Shown here one piece after another: positions 18,801 through 32,128 of a stretch of DNA of 64,000 nucleotides. The stretch is taken from contig NC_134036.1 in assembly GCF_964204645.1 (NCBI RefSeq), positions 4,122,600 to 4,186,599 on the forward strand, read 5' to 3'. Numbering within the stretch: the first letter of the stretch is position 1; each line of letters opens with the position of its first letter. Origin of the DNA: Tubulanus polymorphus (taxonomy: Eukaryota > Animalia > Nemertea). Under the pieces are notes generated by a model, which saw nothing but the letters and a program-made list of their open reading frames with translations, made no database searches and was not told where the DNA came from. Position numbers and translations under genes: made by a program.

Positions 18801-21756
18801 TACAAATTCAACAAATAACGACACATACGAGCGAATACGAGCAAATAAATTTCGAAATAACTCGAGCTGTACGATTGGTTGGGTAAGCATAGACAGACAA
18901 TGCTATCAAATACTGACTGACTGGAACAAACATCGAGGTTTAGATATAAAAGCCGCGAAAGAGATGTGTGATAGCATCCGTGGTGAAATAGGCAGAATCA
19001 GCAAAAATACAGAAAAAGATATCTTTAATTTGATAAGAGCATTTCAATATCGACATCAATATAGCTCTATACTAACGATGACTTCTAATGACAGACTTCA
19101 GGTTATACACCCAATAATCACTAGAGATGAAATGACTTATATTCAATCAGTTAAATGGATGATGAAACAGTTTGATAACGCGACAGATACAGCGCATTCT
19201 GTTTTGTGTTCATACAATGTAACTGATGAATTGGCTTCTATAAGCGGTTGTAAATCGTGGCAGTTTCAATGTAACGATCGAAGATGTATCAGCGACCATC
19301 GCGTATGTGATACTAGAAACGACTGTCAACACGGTGAAGATGAACTCAATTGTACGGATATCAGTTTACACAGTCATTTTCAATGCAATGATGGTCAGGT
19401 GATATCAATAAGTGGATTGTGTGACTTCATACAGGATTGTGTCGATGGTTCTGATGAGAAATATTGCTTTCATCCCCCGTGTTTGTCCGAACAATTTCGC
19501 TGTGACAGTGGCCAATGTATAAGTAGGTCGGACAGATGTAATGGATTTACTGATTGTAAGGACGACTCCGATGAAATGGGATGCACCACTCAAATGTGTC
19601 AAGGATTCCTGTGTAACAGTGGAGACTGCATCAGTTCTGAGTTGTATCAGGATGGTGTCGTGGATTGTAGTGGAAGCCTCGAAGAAGATGAATTAGTAAC
19701 ATCTTCTAATGTTACAGTGAATCCTTCTGTTCATTGCAATAATGAAAACTACTGCACGACTAACTTTACAAATCTTTGTTCAAAATCCGATGAACAAAGA
19801 TGTTCTTTCAATTCTCCTCATTGTTATGCAAGACTTTACAGATGTATTCTAGATAAAATGACAAATGGTTTCCCAGTTTGTAGAAATCTTGGGCACGTTT
19901 TGAGATGTGAAGAATTTGAATGTCCAGCTGGTACTGTAAAATGTCCAGCATCGTACTGTATACCGATCAGACAAGTGTGCGATGGTCAATCAGATTGTCC
20001 TAATTCAGAAGATGAGCAAAACTGCGAGACATTTTCATGTCCGGGAATGTTTAAATGTGGTCAGGAAAATCGATGTATCCCACAATCTGAAGTGTGTGAT
20101 GGAATCATTAATTGTAAACATACAACTGATGACGAGGCTTTCTGTAACGTCACGTGTCCTAAGGGCTGTAAATGTCAAGGTTATTTGATCGATTGTGAAA
20201 ATGCTCGTTTATCAAGTATTACTGGTCTTTTTTCAGCATCAAGTCGAGTTTTAATTCTGTCAAATAACGGAATTGTTCTGACCCAGTCAACGTTTACTGG
20301 TTTCGTGTATCTTCGAATGCTCAACATCTCCTTCAATGAATTGTCGTACATTTTACCAAACTCGTTCACAAACCTGCATAATCTACATACATTAGAACTG
20401 ACATACAACAACATAACATCATTATCTACGAATACATTCACCGGTTTGTATAGTTTGAAACAGTTATTGATTACTGAAAATCCAATACGTCATTTAGAGG
20501 ATGATACCTTCCAAGATTTGAAGGCACTCGAAATTCTCGATCTTCAAGGCCTTTCGTTGTTGGTACTTGGTAGAAATGTATTCAGAGGTTTATCTGCATT
20601 ACAGTCGTTGAATATCAGCAGTAACAGAATCCATCATATTTCACGATATGCTTTTTCAGGATTGAATGAAGTTAGAATTCTCGATGTCACCAATAACTCT
20701 GAATTCATTTCAACACAGACAGGCGTTTTCGTCAATCTGACATCATTAGTCTCCTTAGCGTCTGATGCTTACAAATTCTGTTGCATGGCTCCGAACGTTG
20801 AACAGTGCCTTCCCGAAGCTGATCAATTTTCCTCGTGTTCTGATCTGATGGGTAACACAGTTCTCAGAGCTATCATCTGGGTCATCGCTGCGTTCAGTTT
20901 TTTAGCGAACGGTGGCGTCATTTTATTTCGGCTTCGGTCAATTCGACTCTCGCCTTCCGAAAAGCGTAACACATCGTCTGACATCCTTATAATCAATATC
21001 GCAGCTTGTGATTTTTTGATGTCGATTTATTTGTTTTTGATCGCGGGAGCAGATTACGTCTATAAAGGAGATTATTTCCTAAATTCTGAAACTTGGACGG
21101 ACAGTTTATTGTGTACTATTGCTGGATTTACGGTGACTATTTCTTGTGAGGGCTCATTAATGTTTCTGTTTATTCTAACGCGTCATAGATTCTCAAATGT
21201 CATTAATCCATTTTCTGGAAGCCCGATCACATCTCCGAGATATGTATCAATGATTTGTTGCATATGTTGGTTATCAATTAGTACTATTTCTATAATACCA
21301 CTGTCACAGTCATCTTACTTCGGGAACAACTTCTATGGCAGTACCGGAGTTTGTTTACCTATGAATTTAATTTCTATTGATGTCAACGCCTGGCAATATT
21401 CATTCGCTATTTTCGCCTTGTTTAACTCCGTCATACTTGCTACAATAATGGCGACTTATGCCCAAATGTACAGACTCGTATCTGGAAGCAGGTCTGGTTC
21501 GGGTAGAATCGACCCTACTGAACTAATTTTAGCGCGCAGGAGTTTGGTGATAAATCTGTGTAATCTCTTTTGCTGGCTGCCGTTAATTATCGTCCAGTTT
21601 TGCGCCGTATTCGGGGTACAAATACCGAATCAGGTGGCGGCTTGGCTGGCTGTTCTTTTCTTGCCGATCAACTCGTCCCTCAATCCCCTTCTTTACACCA
21701 TACTGACTATCGATATGAAATCAATACGGGCAAAAACTAAACGCTCACGGCATTAG
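15801..21756 (+). CDS. GRL101-like LGR, copy 2, ~1925 aa
   Basis: Exons 15801-17027, 17103-18422, 18526-21756; phase-0 GT-AG introns; same domain motifs; frame intact. Confidence 0.9.
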
Positions 21757-22872
21757 ATAGATTCAAATGTAAAAAAGACTTGATCCTTAGAAAAGTGTCT
21801 CTCATTTTTCAGTTTTGTACGTCTTCTCTTTATTTCATTTCTTAATATCAAAAATAGAAACTTGCTAACTGTTTATGAGATGATCGATAGAAATCGATGC
21901 TGGTTCGCTTGCGAAACGTTGTGGTTTGGTCGTTGTCTCGGGTGACGTGCTGACTGTGTGAAAAATGTGGAAGATCTGTTTTTTAAATTGAGCCGATTAA
22001 ATATCTAATATCGCATGGTGTTTGCAGTTTATTTTCGATTATGCACGTCTTTTAAGGTGAATCAGCACGCGTGAAGTGTGGATGATCAGATTTTAAAATT
22101 AAGCTGATGGAATATCTAACGTCTGATGTTGCAGTGTATCTGATATTTGCCGAAAGTTCTCCGGGCTACAGTCGACAAATTGACGCCTGTATTCTATACG
22201 TGTTTCCATCCGTTCTTATTTCCACTCAAAAAATTGAATTCATTTGTATATTTTCTTACGTTTTGAATTATATTTATACATTTATTCGGGTTCATCGTTG
22301 AAAAGTACATTTGCTTAAAAAAAATGATGCCACCTAGCGGGTGAGACAGGAACTAAGTCCTTATCTCCTTATTAAAGAAATTAGACCATCGTTGCGTTGA
22401 GTCTGAATATAGATAAAAAATAAGAGTTATCGTTGTTGTAATATCGTCTTCTTTCCCCGATGGAAATATCGGCATTTTAAAACTTAACCGAGGTTCATTT
22501 CAGACTAGTCACCGTTTATGATATCTATCAAGTACTATATCAAAAAGCCCACAATATTGACGAAAAAAAAAAACACTAACAAATATGTTTCGTCGAAAAT
22601 TCGGTGGATTTTTTAATTCATCTTCAGAGATAATTTATTCAAAATGTGACTTAATATAAATCTCCGGGGATCGAACTAATCCATAGTTCAGTGATGCAGA
22701 CCTATCAGATGCCGTTCGTTGATATTGTGTCGGTTTCCATTTTTCTGATAATATAGAATTAATTTCAATTCCAAACCAACAAACCCCTATGGAAAATATG
22801 CAGAATATGCAAAATATGCAGAATATCAGTACGTAAGGAAGTGACAATACGAAGCCAGTCCTAACATGTTGA

Positions 22873-23197
22873 CAACAGTGCGGGGCTTAAAGGACCTAGT
22901 CAAATACTCATCAATGCAGTGCTCAATAATGGCCTAGTTGAATACGCATCAGTGCAGGGATCAAGCTACCCAGTCCAATACTCATCAGTGTGTGCGGGGT
23001 TCAACTGACCTAGTTGAATACGCATCAGTGCGGGGTTCGACTGACCTAGTTGAATACTCATAAGTGCTAAGGTCAATTGTCCTAGTTGAATACTCATTAA
23101 TGTGGGTTCAACCGACTTGATTAGATACTCATCAATACAAGGATCAATTGACCTAGTTGAATACTCATCAGTGCGGGGATGTAACTGACCTAGTTGA
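22873..23197. repeat. 36-bp minisatellite upstream of receptor copy 3 (~9 units, 5'-truncated by a deletion)
   Basis: Same unit; the ~270 bp that precede it in the other copies are missing. Confidence 0.88.
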
Positions 23198-23735
23198 TGT
23201 AGCTTATCGCAGATGTGAGACTGGTATGATTCTAGTCAGAATGATGAGTTCCATAATCGCACAGTGCATCAGCGACAATATTATAAAATCGGAATATATG
23301 AAAGATTCGCTTCCAGAAAAAAAACGCTGAACGAAAGAAGCGAAATTATTAATCAGAACATTTTTGAAATATAATTGGACATAGATATTTACGACATGTG
23401 GAAACATGAAAGTGAAAATTGCTGCACGGATAGATGGTAATTACTGTGAAGCTCGTCTGCAGTTGTTGGTAGTTTGAGTTCGATCGAACATGAATGACAT
23501 GAGTCGATTTCGACAAAATATCAGTGGTTGAAAAGTATAGTTGTATTCCGAAGTTGCCGAGTCCTGCAAATGATTAGTAAAACATCTAAAATGCTGCATC
23601 GATTTTGAAGAGAATTTGAAGATAGAAACTGGCGTGAACAACTGATCAGTGATTGAATTTGCTTCGATAATAAGATCAGTGATTGAAATAATAAGAACTT
23701 GCTTCGATCAGGAATTTCATCGTTGTATCGTGTTG

Positions 23736-26700
23736 ATGTTGTTCGGTATGGAGCAGCGACTGAGAGCGCTGTTTATATCGTCGCTGATCGTCTGTCAAGT
23801 TCGCATCGCGCGCGCTGATCGCGCAGACTCTATCGAGGAATCGTCTGTGACGGTAAGTTCGTCTTGTAACAACACGTGGTACCCGCTAGATTCTACGTCC
23901 GGTTACATCGTTTCACCGAATTACCCTTCGTTGACGCTCGGTGTTGAATGTCGTTGGTTCATAAACAGCTCTTTACCGAGAACCTTTCACGTCCAAGTTT
24001 ACTACGATATCGAGCCGTCAATATTCTGTAGTGATAAATATCTTCTCATTTACCGGTCTGACCACAGATTGTGCGGTGATCGAAAACATGAAATCCGCCG
24101 TAAAGATTCGATCTCGTTGATGTTTAAGAGTAACGTCGATAGTGCCCGTGGTAGTCGGGTTTATATAACATATCGTTATGAACAAAATCAGTTGGCAATT
24201 AGTCACGACTGCCCCAAAAATGTCGGATTGAACGCATTGCAATCATTGATTGGATATAGATTATCTATACGCTACTTCATTACGTGTAAATTGTTTTTGG
24301 ACTGGACCGGGATGCCGGATGGTTTCGCAATGAATTTGACTTTCATGAAGTTGAGTATGACATTGTATCCAGGCGCTGATTCAGCGACGGCTGTTAGAAT
24401 CCACGACACATGGAACAGCAGCAGTGAGCCTATAGGTCTTATACGAGAACAAACCGGACATCCACCTTCATCATTTTATACTAAAACAAACAAAGCCGTC
24501 ATATCTCTCCTTCATCGTCGACGGCAATTTCAGTCGCAGCTTTTAATCCAGGTTTATAGAATATCAGATTGGAACGTCTCTAATCCGTTGATTCAGATAT
24601 CTTATAACGAGTCTGGAGTGATCGTTCCCGATGACAACAGTTTACACGTAATAACTCGATCAAAACACTTACACTGCTGGTCTATCACAGTGCAGGTGTT
24701 ACAGTACGTCGTCTTCAACTGGACACGTGATCTCATCACATCCGGTGACGTCATCGGTGTATATAAACAAGAAGGGTTACGCGTTGTAGGAACTGATGTT
24801 TTACTCGGTTACAACTACCTGGAATCACTGAGTGTCAAATCGGAGGGCTTTCTTGTAATACTGTGCGTTTTAAGGGGAAAGGAACTTTCGAATTCTCGTA
24901 TCGAAGTAACCTATAATGTTAAATCGCTTTCAATAGAAGATGTACGTGTTATCAGATTACAGGTGAGTATAAGAATCGGGCGATCGTTAAAATTGATGAA
25001 TCATATCACGTACTAGATTACCAGATTTGCAGAATATGTTGTTTTTAGATAAACAGCCAGGGGAAATCCTTGAACTCATTTCTAATGTTCCCATCATCAA
25101 AGAGGACAACATTTACGTATCGCATTAATACATTACTATCTAAATGGAAATTCGATATCCATGAAGAGAATATGGAACTAACAGTTTTATCAGAGAACTG
25201 CGAGCGAGCTGGATTTTACATATACGACGGTGTTAATTTCACGGCTAGACGATACGGTCCGTATTGTCCTCGTTTATACGCCCCGTACGACCGTAATGTC
25301 GTCAGTCTGATTACATCAGGTGGATCGATTACTGTAGTAGGCTACGCTTATAACTGGGGCGGTCAGTTAACAGTCGATAAGGATTCACACCTCAGATTTC
25401 GTCCGACCGACTGTGACGGGTATGTTTTAAAGGAAGGAGAACGTCGGATCAACATGACGTCACACTGTCTCGTGATTACACCCGAAAACCGACGCCTCCC
25501 TTTGAGAAACATCTATATATTATCAGAACACGAATATCAAATCGACCGATGTTTCGAGGATTCATTATTATACGGTGTATGTAGCAGGTATCTGAGATTG
25601 AGTAGTCAGTATCTCAATAACGGTTTCGTTTTGAACACCGCGAAAATTCGGGTTATGAATCCATTCTGGAATTATCCATTGATAGTTGAACTACGACGTA
25701 AATGTCAAAGATTGAAGAAAGCCGAGCCGGAAGTTTTATTGCCTGTCATATTGAAAGATGAATGCGGGATATTACAATCACCGAATTATCCAGGATCGTC
25801 TGACAATCGATTTCAACCGTTATATTTCAATTTCCCAAACGTGGTTCAACGTTACCAATTCCCATACTACAGATTTATAATCAAATATATTGAAATGATA
25901 CGATGCGAGAAGGCAGAAACATTAGATAAAGACCCGATTGTAATACAACAATACATTACTGATACAAGTAGTGGTCAAACACATCGACACGAAAATAGAA
26001 TATGTGACAATAACGCGATACTGGGACTTGTGTTTTATAGTTTCAGACATGACAGTATGTACTTCGAGGTGAAAAATTACATACCGACATTTCAAATACA
26101 ATACACATTAGAACAGTCGTTACCGGTAAAACAGTTTGAAAATGTCTGTAAATCAGGATTTCTAGATTCGGGAATTTCGTGCGTAAAATACATCAGAGAT
26201 GAACGTCTGAATTGGGAGAATGCTGAATTGTACTGTAGACAGAAGTACGCGGGACATCTACTCAGTCTCAACTCAGAACAGGAAAGGATTTCTATCAAAC
26301 GATTATTCGCAACAGAACTTCTTCTAAATGCCTATTCACAGAAAGCGCTGATAATGATGATTGGATTAAAAATGCAGGTAAAATTCGTTAATATAGCTTT
26401 TAAAATTGACAATATTCTAAGGAATGTGATGATTCTCTATCTTCGATTCTCAATTCTATTTTCAGCCTAGATCTGGTCATTACACGTGGACTGACGGGAA
26501 ACCATTGAGCTACACAGAGTGGTATAAACCTACAAATAACGACACGATACCAGAAGAAATTCAAGGATTGATATCTCCTCTCAGAAAACAACCGATAAAT
26601 AACGTCAATATGCCGTGTACAGCGATGATACTGAATAATCCACGAGGTTCAGCGAACTGGGTTCGATTCCCCTGCGAAATCGAAGAGGTTCATACGAGTT

Positions 26701-29699
26701 TCATTTGCGAATCGGAAAGAATGAATATAGATAGAACTCTTACAAATTCAACAAATAACGACACATACGAGAAAATACGAGCAAATAAATTTCGAAATAA
26801 CTCGAGCTGTACAATTGGTTGGGTAAGCATAGACAGACAATGCTATCAAATACTGACTGACTGGAACAAACATCGAGGTTTAGATATAAAAGCTGCGAAA
26901 GAGATGTGTGATAGCATCCGTGGTAAAATAGGCAGAATCAGCAAAAATACGGAAAGAGATATCTTTAAATTGATAAGAGAGTTTCATTACCAACATCAAT
27001 ATAGCTCTATACTAACGATGACTTTTAATGACAGACTTCAGGTTATACACCCAATAATCACTAGAGATGAAATTACGTATATTCAATCAGTTAAATGGAT
27101 GATGAAACAGTTTGATAACGCGACAGATACAGCGCATTCTGTTTTGTGTTCATACAATGTAACTGATGTAGAGTTATCTTCTATAAGCGGTTGTAAATCG
27201 TGGCAGTTTGAATGTAACGATCGAAGATGTATCAGCGACCATCGCGTATGTGATACTAGAAACGACTGTCAACACGGTGAAGATGAACTCAATTGTACGG
27301 ATATCAGTTTACACAGTCATTTTCAATGCAATGATGGTCAGGTGATATCAATAAGTGGATTGTGTGACTTCATACAGGATTGTGTCGATGGTTCTGATGA
27401 GAAATATTGCTTTCATCCCCCGTGTTTGTCCGAACAATTTCGCTGTGACAGTGGCCAATGTATAAGTAGGTCGGACAGATGTAATGGATTTACTGATTGT
27501 AAGGACGACTCCGATGAAATGGGATGCACCACTCAAATGTGTCAAGGATTCCTGTGTAACAGTGGAGACTGCATCAGTTCTGAGTTGTATCAGGATGGTG
27601 TCGTGGATTGTAGTGGAAGCCTCGAAGAAGATGAATTAGTAACATCTTCAAATGTTACAGTGAATCCTACTGTTCAGTGCAATAATGAAAACTACTGCAC
27701 GACTAACTTTACAAATCTTTGTTCGAAATCCGATGAACAAAGATGTTCTTTCAATTCTCCTTATTGTTATGCAAGACTTTACAGATGTATTCTAGATAAA
27801 ATGACAAATGGTTTCCCAGTTTGTAGAAATCTTGAGCACGTTTTGAGATGTGAAGAATTTGAATGTCCAGCTGGTACTGTAAAATGTCCAGCATCGTACT
27901 GTATACCGATCAGACAAGTGTGCGATGGTCAATCAGATTGTCCTAATTCAGAAGATGAGCAAAACTGCGAGACATTTTCATGTCCGGGAATGTTTAAATG
28001 TGGTCAGGAAAATCGATGTATCCCACAATCTGAAGTGTGTGATGGAATCATTAATTGTAAACATACAACTGATGACGAGGCTTTCTGTAATGTCACGTGT
28101 CCTAAGGGCTGTAAATGTCAAGGTTATTTGATCGATTGTGAAAATGCTCGTTTATCAAGTATTACTGGTCTTTTTTCAGCATCAAGTCGAGTTTTAATTC
28201 TGTCAAATAACGGAATTGTTCTGACCCAGTCAACGTTTACTGGTTTCGTGTATCTTCGAATGCTCAACATCTCCTTCAATGAATTGTCGTACATTTTACC
28301 AAACTCGTTCACAAACCTGCATAATCTACATACATTAGACCTGACATACAACAACATAACATCATTATCTACGAATACATTCACCGGTTTGTATAGTTTG
28401 AAACAGTTATTGATTACTGAAAATCCAATACGTCATTTAGAGGATGATACCTTCCAAGATTTGAAGGCACTCGAAATTCTCGATCTTCAAGGCCTTTCGT
28501 TGTTGGTACTTGGTAGAAATGTATTCAGGGGTTTATCTGCATTACAGTCGTTGAATATCAGCAGTAACAGAATCCATCATATTTCACGATATGCTTTTTC
28601 AGGATTGAATGAAGTTAGAATTCTCGATGTCACCAATAACTCTGAATTCATTTCAACACAGACAGGCGTTTTCGTCAATCTGACATCATTAGTCTCCTTA
28701 GCGTCTGATGCTTACAAATTCTGTTGCATGGCTCCGAACGTTGAACAGTGCCTTCCCGAAGCTGATCAATTTTCCTCGTGTTCTGATCTGATGGGTAACA
28801 CAGTTCTCAGAGCTATCATCTGGGTCATCGCTGCGTTCAGTTTTTTAGCGAACGGTGGCGTCATTTTATTTCGGCTTCGGTCAATTCGACTCTCGCCTTC
28901 CGAAAAGCGTAACACATCGTCTGACATCCTTATAATCAATATCGCAGCTTGTGATTTTTTGATGTCGATTTATTTGTTTTTGATCGCGGGAGCAGATTAC
29001 GTCTATAAAGGAGAATATTTCCTAAATTCTGAAACTTGGACGGACAGTTCATTGTGTACTATCGCTGGATTTACGGTGACTATTTCTTGTGAGGGCTCAT
29101 TAACGTTTCTGTTTATTCTAACGCGTCATAGATTCTCAAATGTCATTAATCCATTTTCTGGAAGCCCGATAACATCTCCGAGATATGTATCAATGATTTG
29201 TTGCATATGTTGGTTATCAATTAGTACTATTTCTATAATACCACTGTCACAGTCATCTTTCTTCGGGAACAACTTCTATGGCAGTACCGGAGTTTGTTTA
29301 CCGATGAATTTAATTTCTATTGATGTCAACGCCTGGCAATATTCATTTGCCATTTTCACCGTCTTAAACTATGTCATACTTGCTACAATAATGGCGACTT
29401 ATGCGCAAATGTACAGACACGTATCTGGAAGTAGGTCTGGTTCGGGTAGAATCGACCCTACAGAACTCATCTTGGCACGCAGGAGTTTGGTCATAAATCT
29501 TTGTAATTCATTTTGCTGGCTGCCGTTAATTATCGTTCAGTTTTGCGCGGTATTACGGATAGAAATACCGAATCAGGTGGCGGCTTGGCTGGCGGTTCTT
29601 TTTTTACCGGTCAACTCGTCCCTCAATCCCCTTCTTTACACCATACTGACTATCGATATGAAATCAATACGGGCAAAAACTAAACGCTCACGGCATTAG
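23736..29699 (+). CDS. GRL101-like LGR, copy 3, ~1929 aa
   Basis: Exons 23736-24962, 25049-26377, 26466-29699; phase-0 GT-AG introns (86 and 88 bp); frame intact. Confidence 0.9.
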
Positions 29700-30911
29700 A
29701 CAAATTCAAATGTAAAAAAGACTTGGTCCTTAGAAAAGTTTCCGTCATTTTTCAGTTTTGTACGTGATCTCATTATTTCATTTCTTAATATCAAAAATAG
29801 AAACTTGTTAACTGTTTATGAGATGATCGATAGAAATGGATGTTGGTTTGCTTGCGAAACGTTGTGGTTTGGTCGTTGTCTCGGGTGACGTACTAACTGT
29901 GTGAAAATATGGAAGATCTGTTTTTGAAATTGAGCCGATTAAATATTTAATATCGCATGGTGTTTAAGTTTATTTTCGATTATGCACGTCTTTTAAGGTG
30001 AATCAGCTCGCGTGAAGTGTGGATGATCAGATTTTGAAATCAAGCTGATGAAATATCTAACGTCTGATGTTGCAGTGTATCTGACATTTGCCGAAAGTTC
30101 TCCGGGCTACAGACAACAAATTGACGCCTGTATTCTATACGTGTTTCCATCCGTTCTTATTTCCACTCAAAAATATTGAATTCATTTCTTTATTTTTTTA
30201 CGTTTAGAATTATATATACACATTTATTCGCGTTCATCGTTGAAATTAAAGAAATTAGACCATCGTCGTGTTGAGTCTGAATATAGATAAAAAATAAGAG
30301 TTATCGTTGTTGTGATATCGTCTTCTTTCCCCGATGGAAATATCGGCATTTTAAAACTTAACCGAGGTTCATTTCAGACTAGTCGCCGTCTATGATATCT
30401 ATCAAGTACTATATCAAAAAGCCCACAGTATTGACGAAAAAAAAAACACTAACAAATATGTTTCGTCGAAATTTCGGTGGATTTTTTAATTCATCTTAAG
30501 TTAATTCATTCAAAATGACACCTTAAATAAATCTCCGAAGGTCGAGCTAATCCATAGTTCAGGCCTTTCGGATGCCGTTCGTGGATATTGTGGCGGTTCT
30601 CATTTTTCTGATAATATAGAATTAATTTCAATTCAAAACCAACAAATCCCTATGGAAAATATGCAGAATATGCAAAATATGCAGAATATCAGCACGTAAG
30701 GAAGTGACAATACGAGGCCAGTCCTAAATGTGAGACATTCAAAAATTTACTAAACTCTATTAAAAACAAACATGACGTAGAAAAACGCAAAAATATGATG
30801 ATAAATCGATACGAAAATCGATGTTTAAAAAAGTGTAAATGAAAAATTAACCAGTTCTTGAGTAATTTTCCATAAAAGTAGAAAAAATCTTTTCAATTCA
30901 TCAACCAAAAA

Positions 30912-31622
30912 TGACCTAGTTAAATACTCATCAGTGCGAGGGTCAACTTACCCAGTCCGAAACGCAACAGTGACTAGGTCAAGTGACCTAGTTTGATACT
31001 CAACAGTGCGGGGCTCAAAGGACCTAGTCAAATACTCATCAATGCAGTGCTCAATAATGGCCTAGTTGAATACGCATCAGTGCGGGGATCAAGTGGCCCA
31101 GTCCAATACTCATCAGTGTGTCCGGGGTTCAACTGACCTAGTTGAATACTCATCAGTGTTGGGGTCAATTGACCCAGTCCAATACTCTTCAGTGTCTCCG
31201 GGGTTCAACAGACCTAGTTGAATACACACCCGTGTGTGCGGGGGACAACTGGCCTAGTTGAATACTCATCAGTGCGGGGGTCAATTGACCTAGTTGAATA
31301 CTCATCAGTGCAGGAGTCAATTGACCTAGTTGAATACTCATTAGTGTGGGGATCAATTGACCTAGTTGAATACTCATCAGTGCAGGAGTCAATTGACCTA
31401 GTTGAAAACTCATCAGTGCAGGAGTCAATTGACCTAGTTGAATACCCATCAGTGCAGGAGTCAATTGACCTAGTTGAATACTCATCAGTGCAGGAGTCAA
31501 TTGACCTAGTTGAATACTCATCAGTTCAGGAGTCAATTGACCTAGTTGAATACTCATCAGTGCAGGAGTCAATTGACCTAGTTGAATACTCATCAGTGCG
31601 GGGATGTAACTGACCTAGTTGA
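30912..31622. repeat. Expanded 36-bp minisatellite upstream of receptor copy 4 (~19-20 units)
   Basis: Homogeneous run of TGACCTAGTTGAATACTCATCAGTGCAGGAGTCAAT units with a 36-bp period from 31286 to ~31610. Confidence 0.95.
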
Positions 31623-32128
31623 TGTAGCTTATCGCAGATGTGAGACTGGTATGATTCTAGTCAGAATGATGAGTTCCATAATCGCACAGTACATCAGCGA
31701 CAATATTATAAAATCGGAATATATGAAAGATTCGCTCCCAGAAAAAACCCTGAACGAAAGATGCGAAATTATTAATCAGAACATTTTTGAAATATAATTG
31801 GACATAGATATTTACGACATGTGGAAACATGAAAGTGGAAATTGCTGCGCGGATAGATGGTAATAACTGTGAAGCTCGTCCGTAGCTGGTAGTTTCTGTT
31901 CGATCGAACATAAATGACATGAACCGATTTCGACAAAATATCATGCAATGGTTGAAAAATATAGTTATATTCCGAAGTTGCCGAGCCCTGCAACTGATTG
32001 GTAAAACATCTAAATGCTGCATCGATTTTGTAGAGAATTTGAAGATAGAAACTGACACGAACAACTGATCAGTGATTGAAATAAAAAGAACTTGCATCGA
32101 TCATGAATTTCATCGTTGTATCGTGTTG

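Noticed and set aside
31189-31613. Repetitive ORFs (MSIQLGQLTPAL)n and (SVQESIDLVEYS)n, also at 39579-40003
   Set aside because: By-products of a 36-bp unit that is a multiple of 3; not maintained in the other array units.
30912-31622. 36-bp repeats as a CRISPR array
   Set aside because: The units are contiguous with no unique spacers, there are no cas genes, and the context is eukaryotic; it is a minisatellite.
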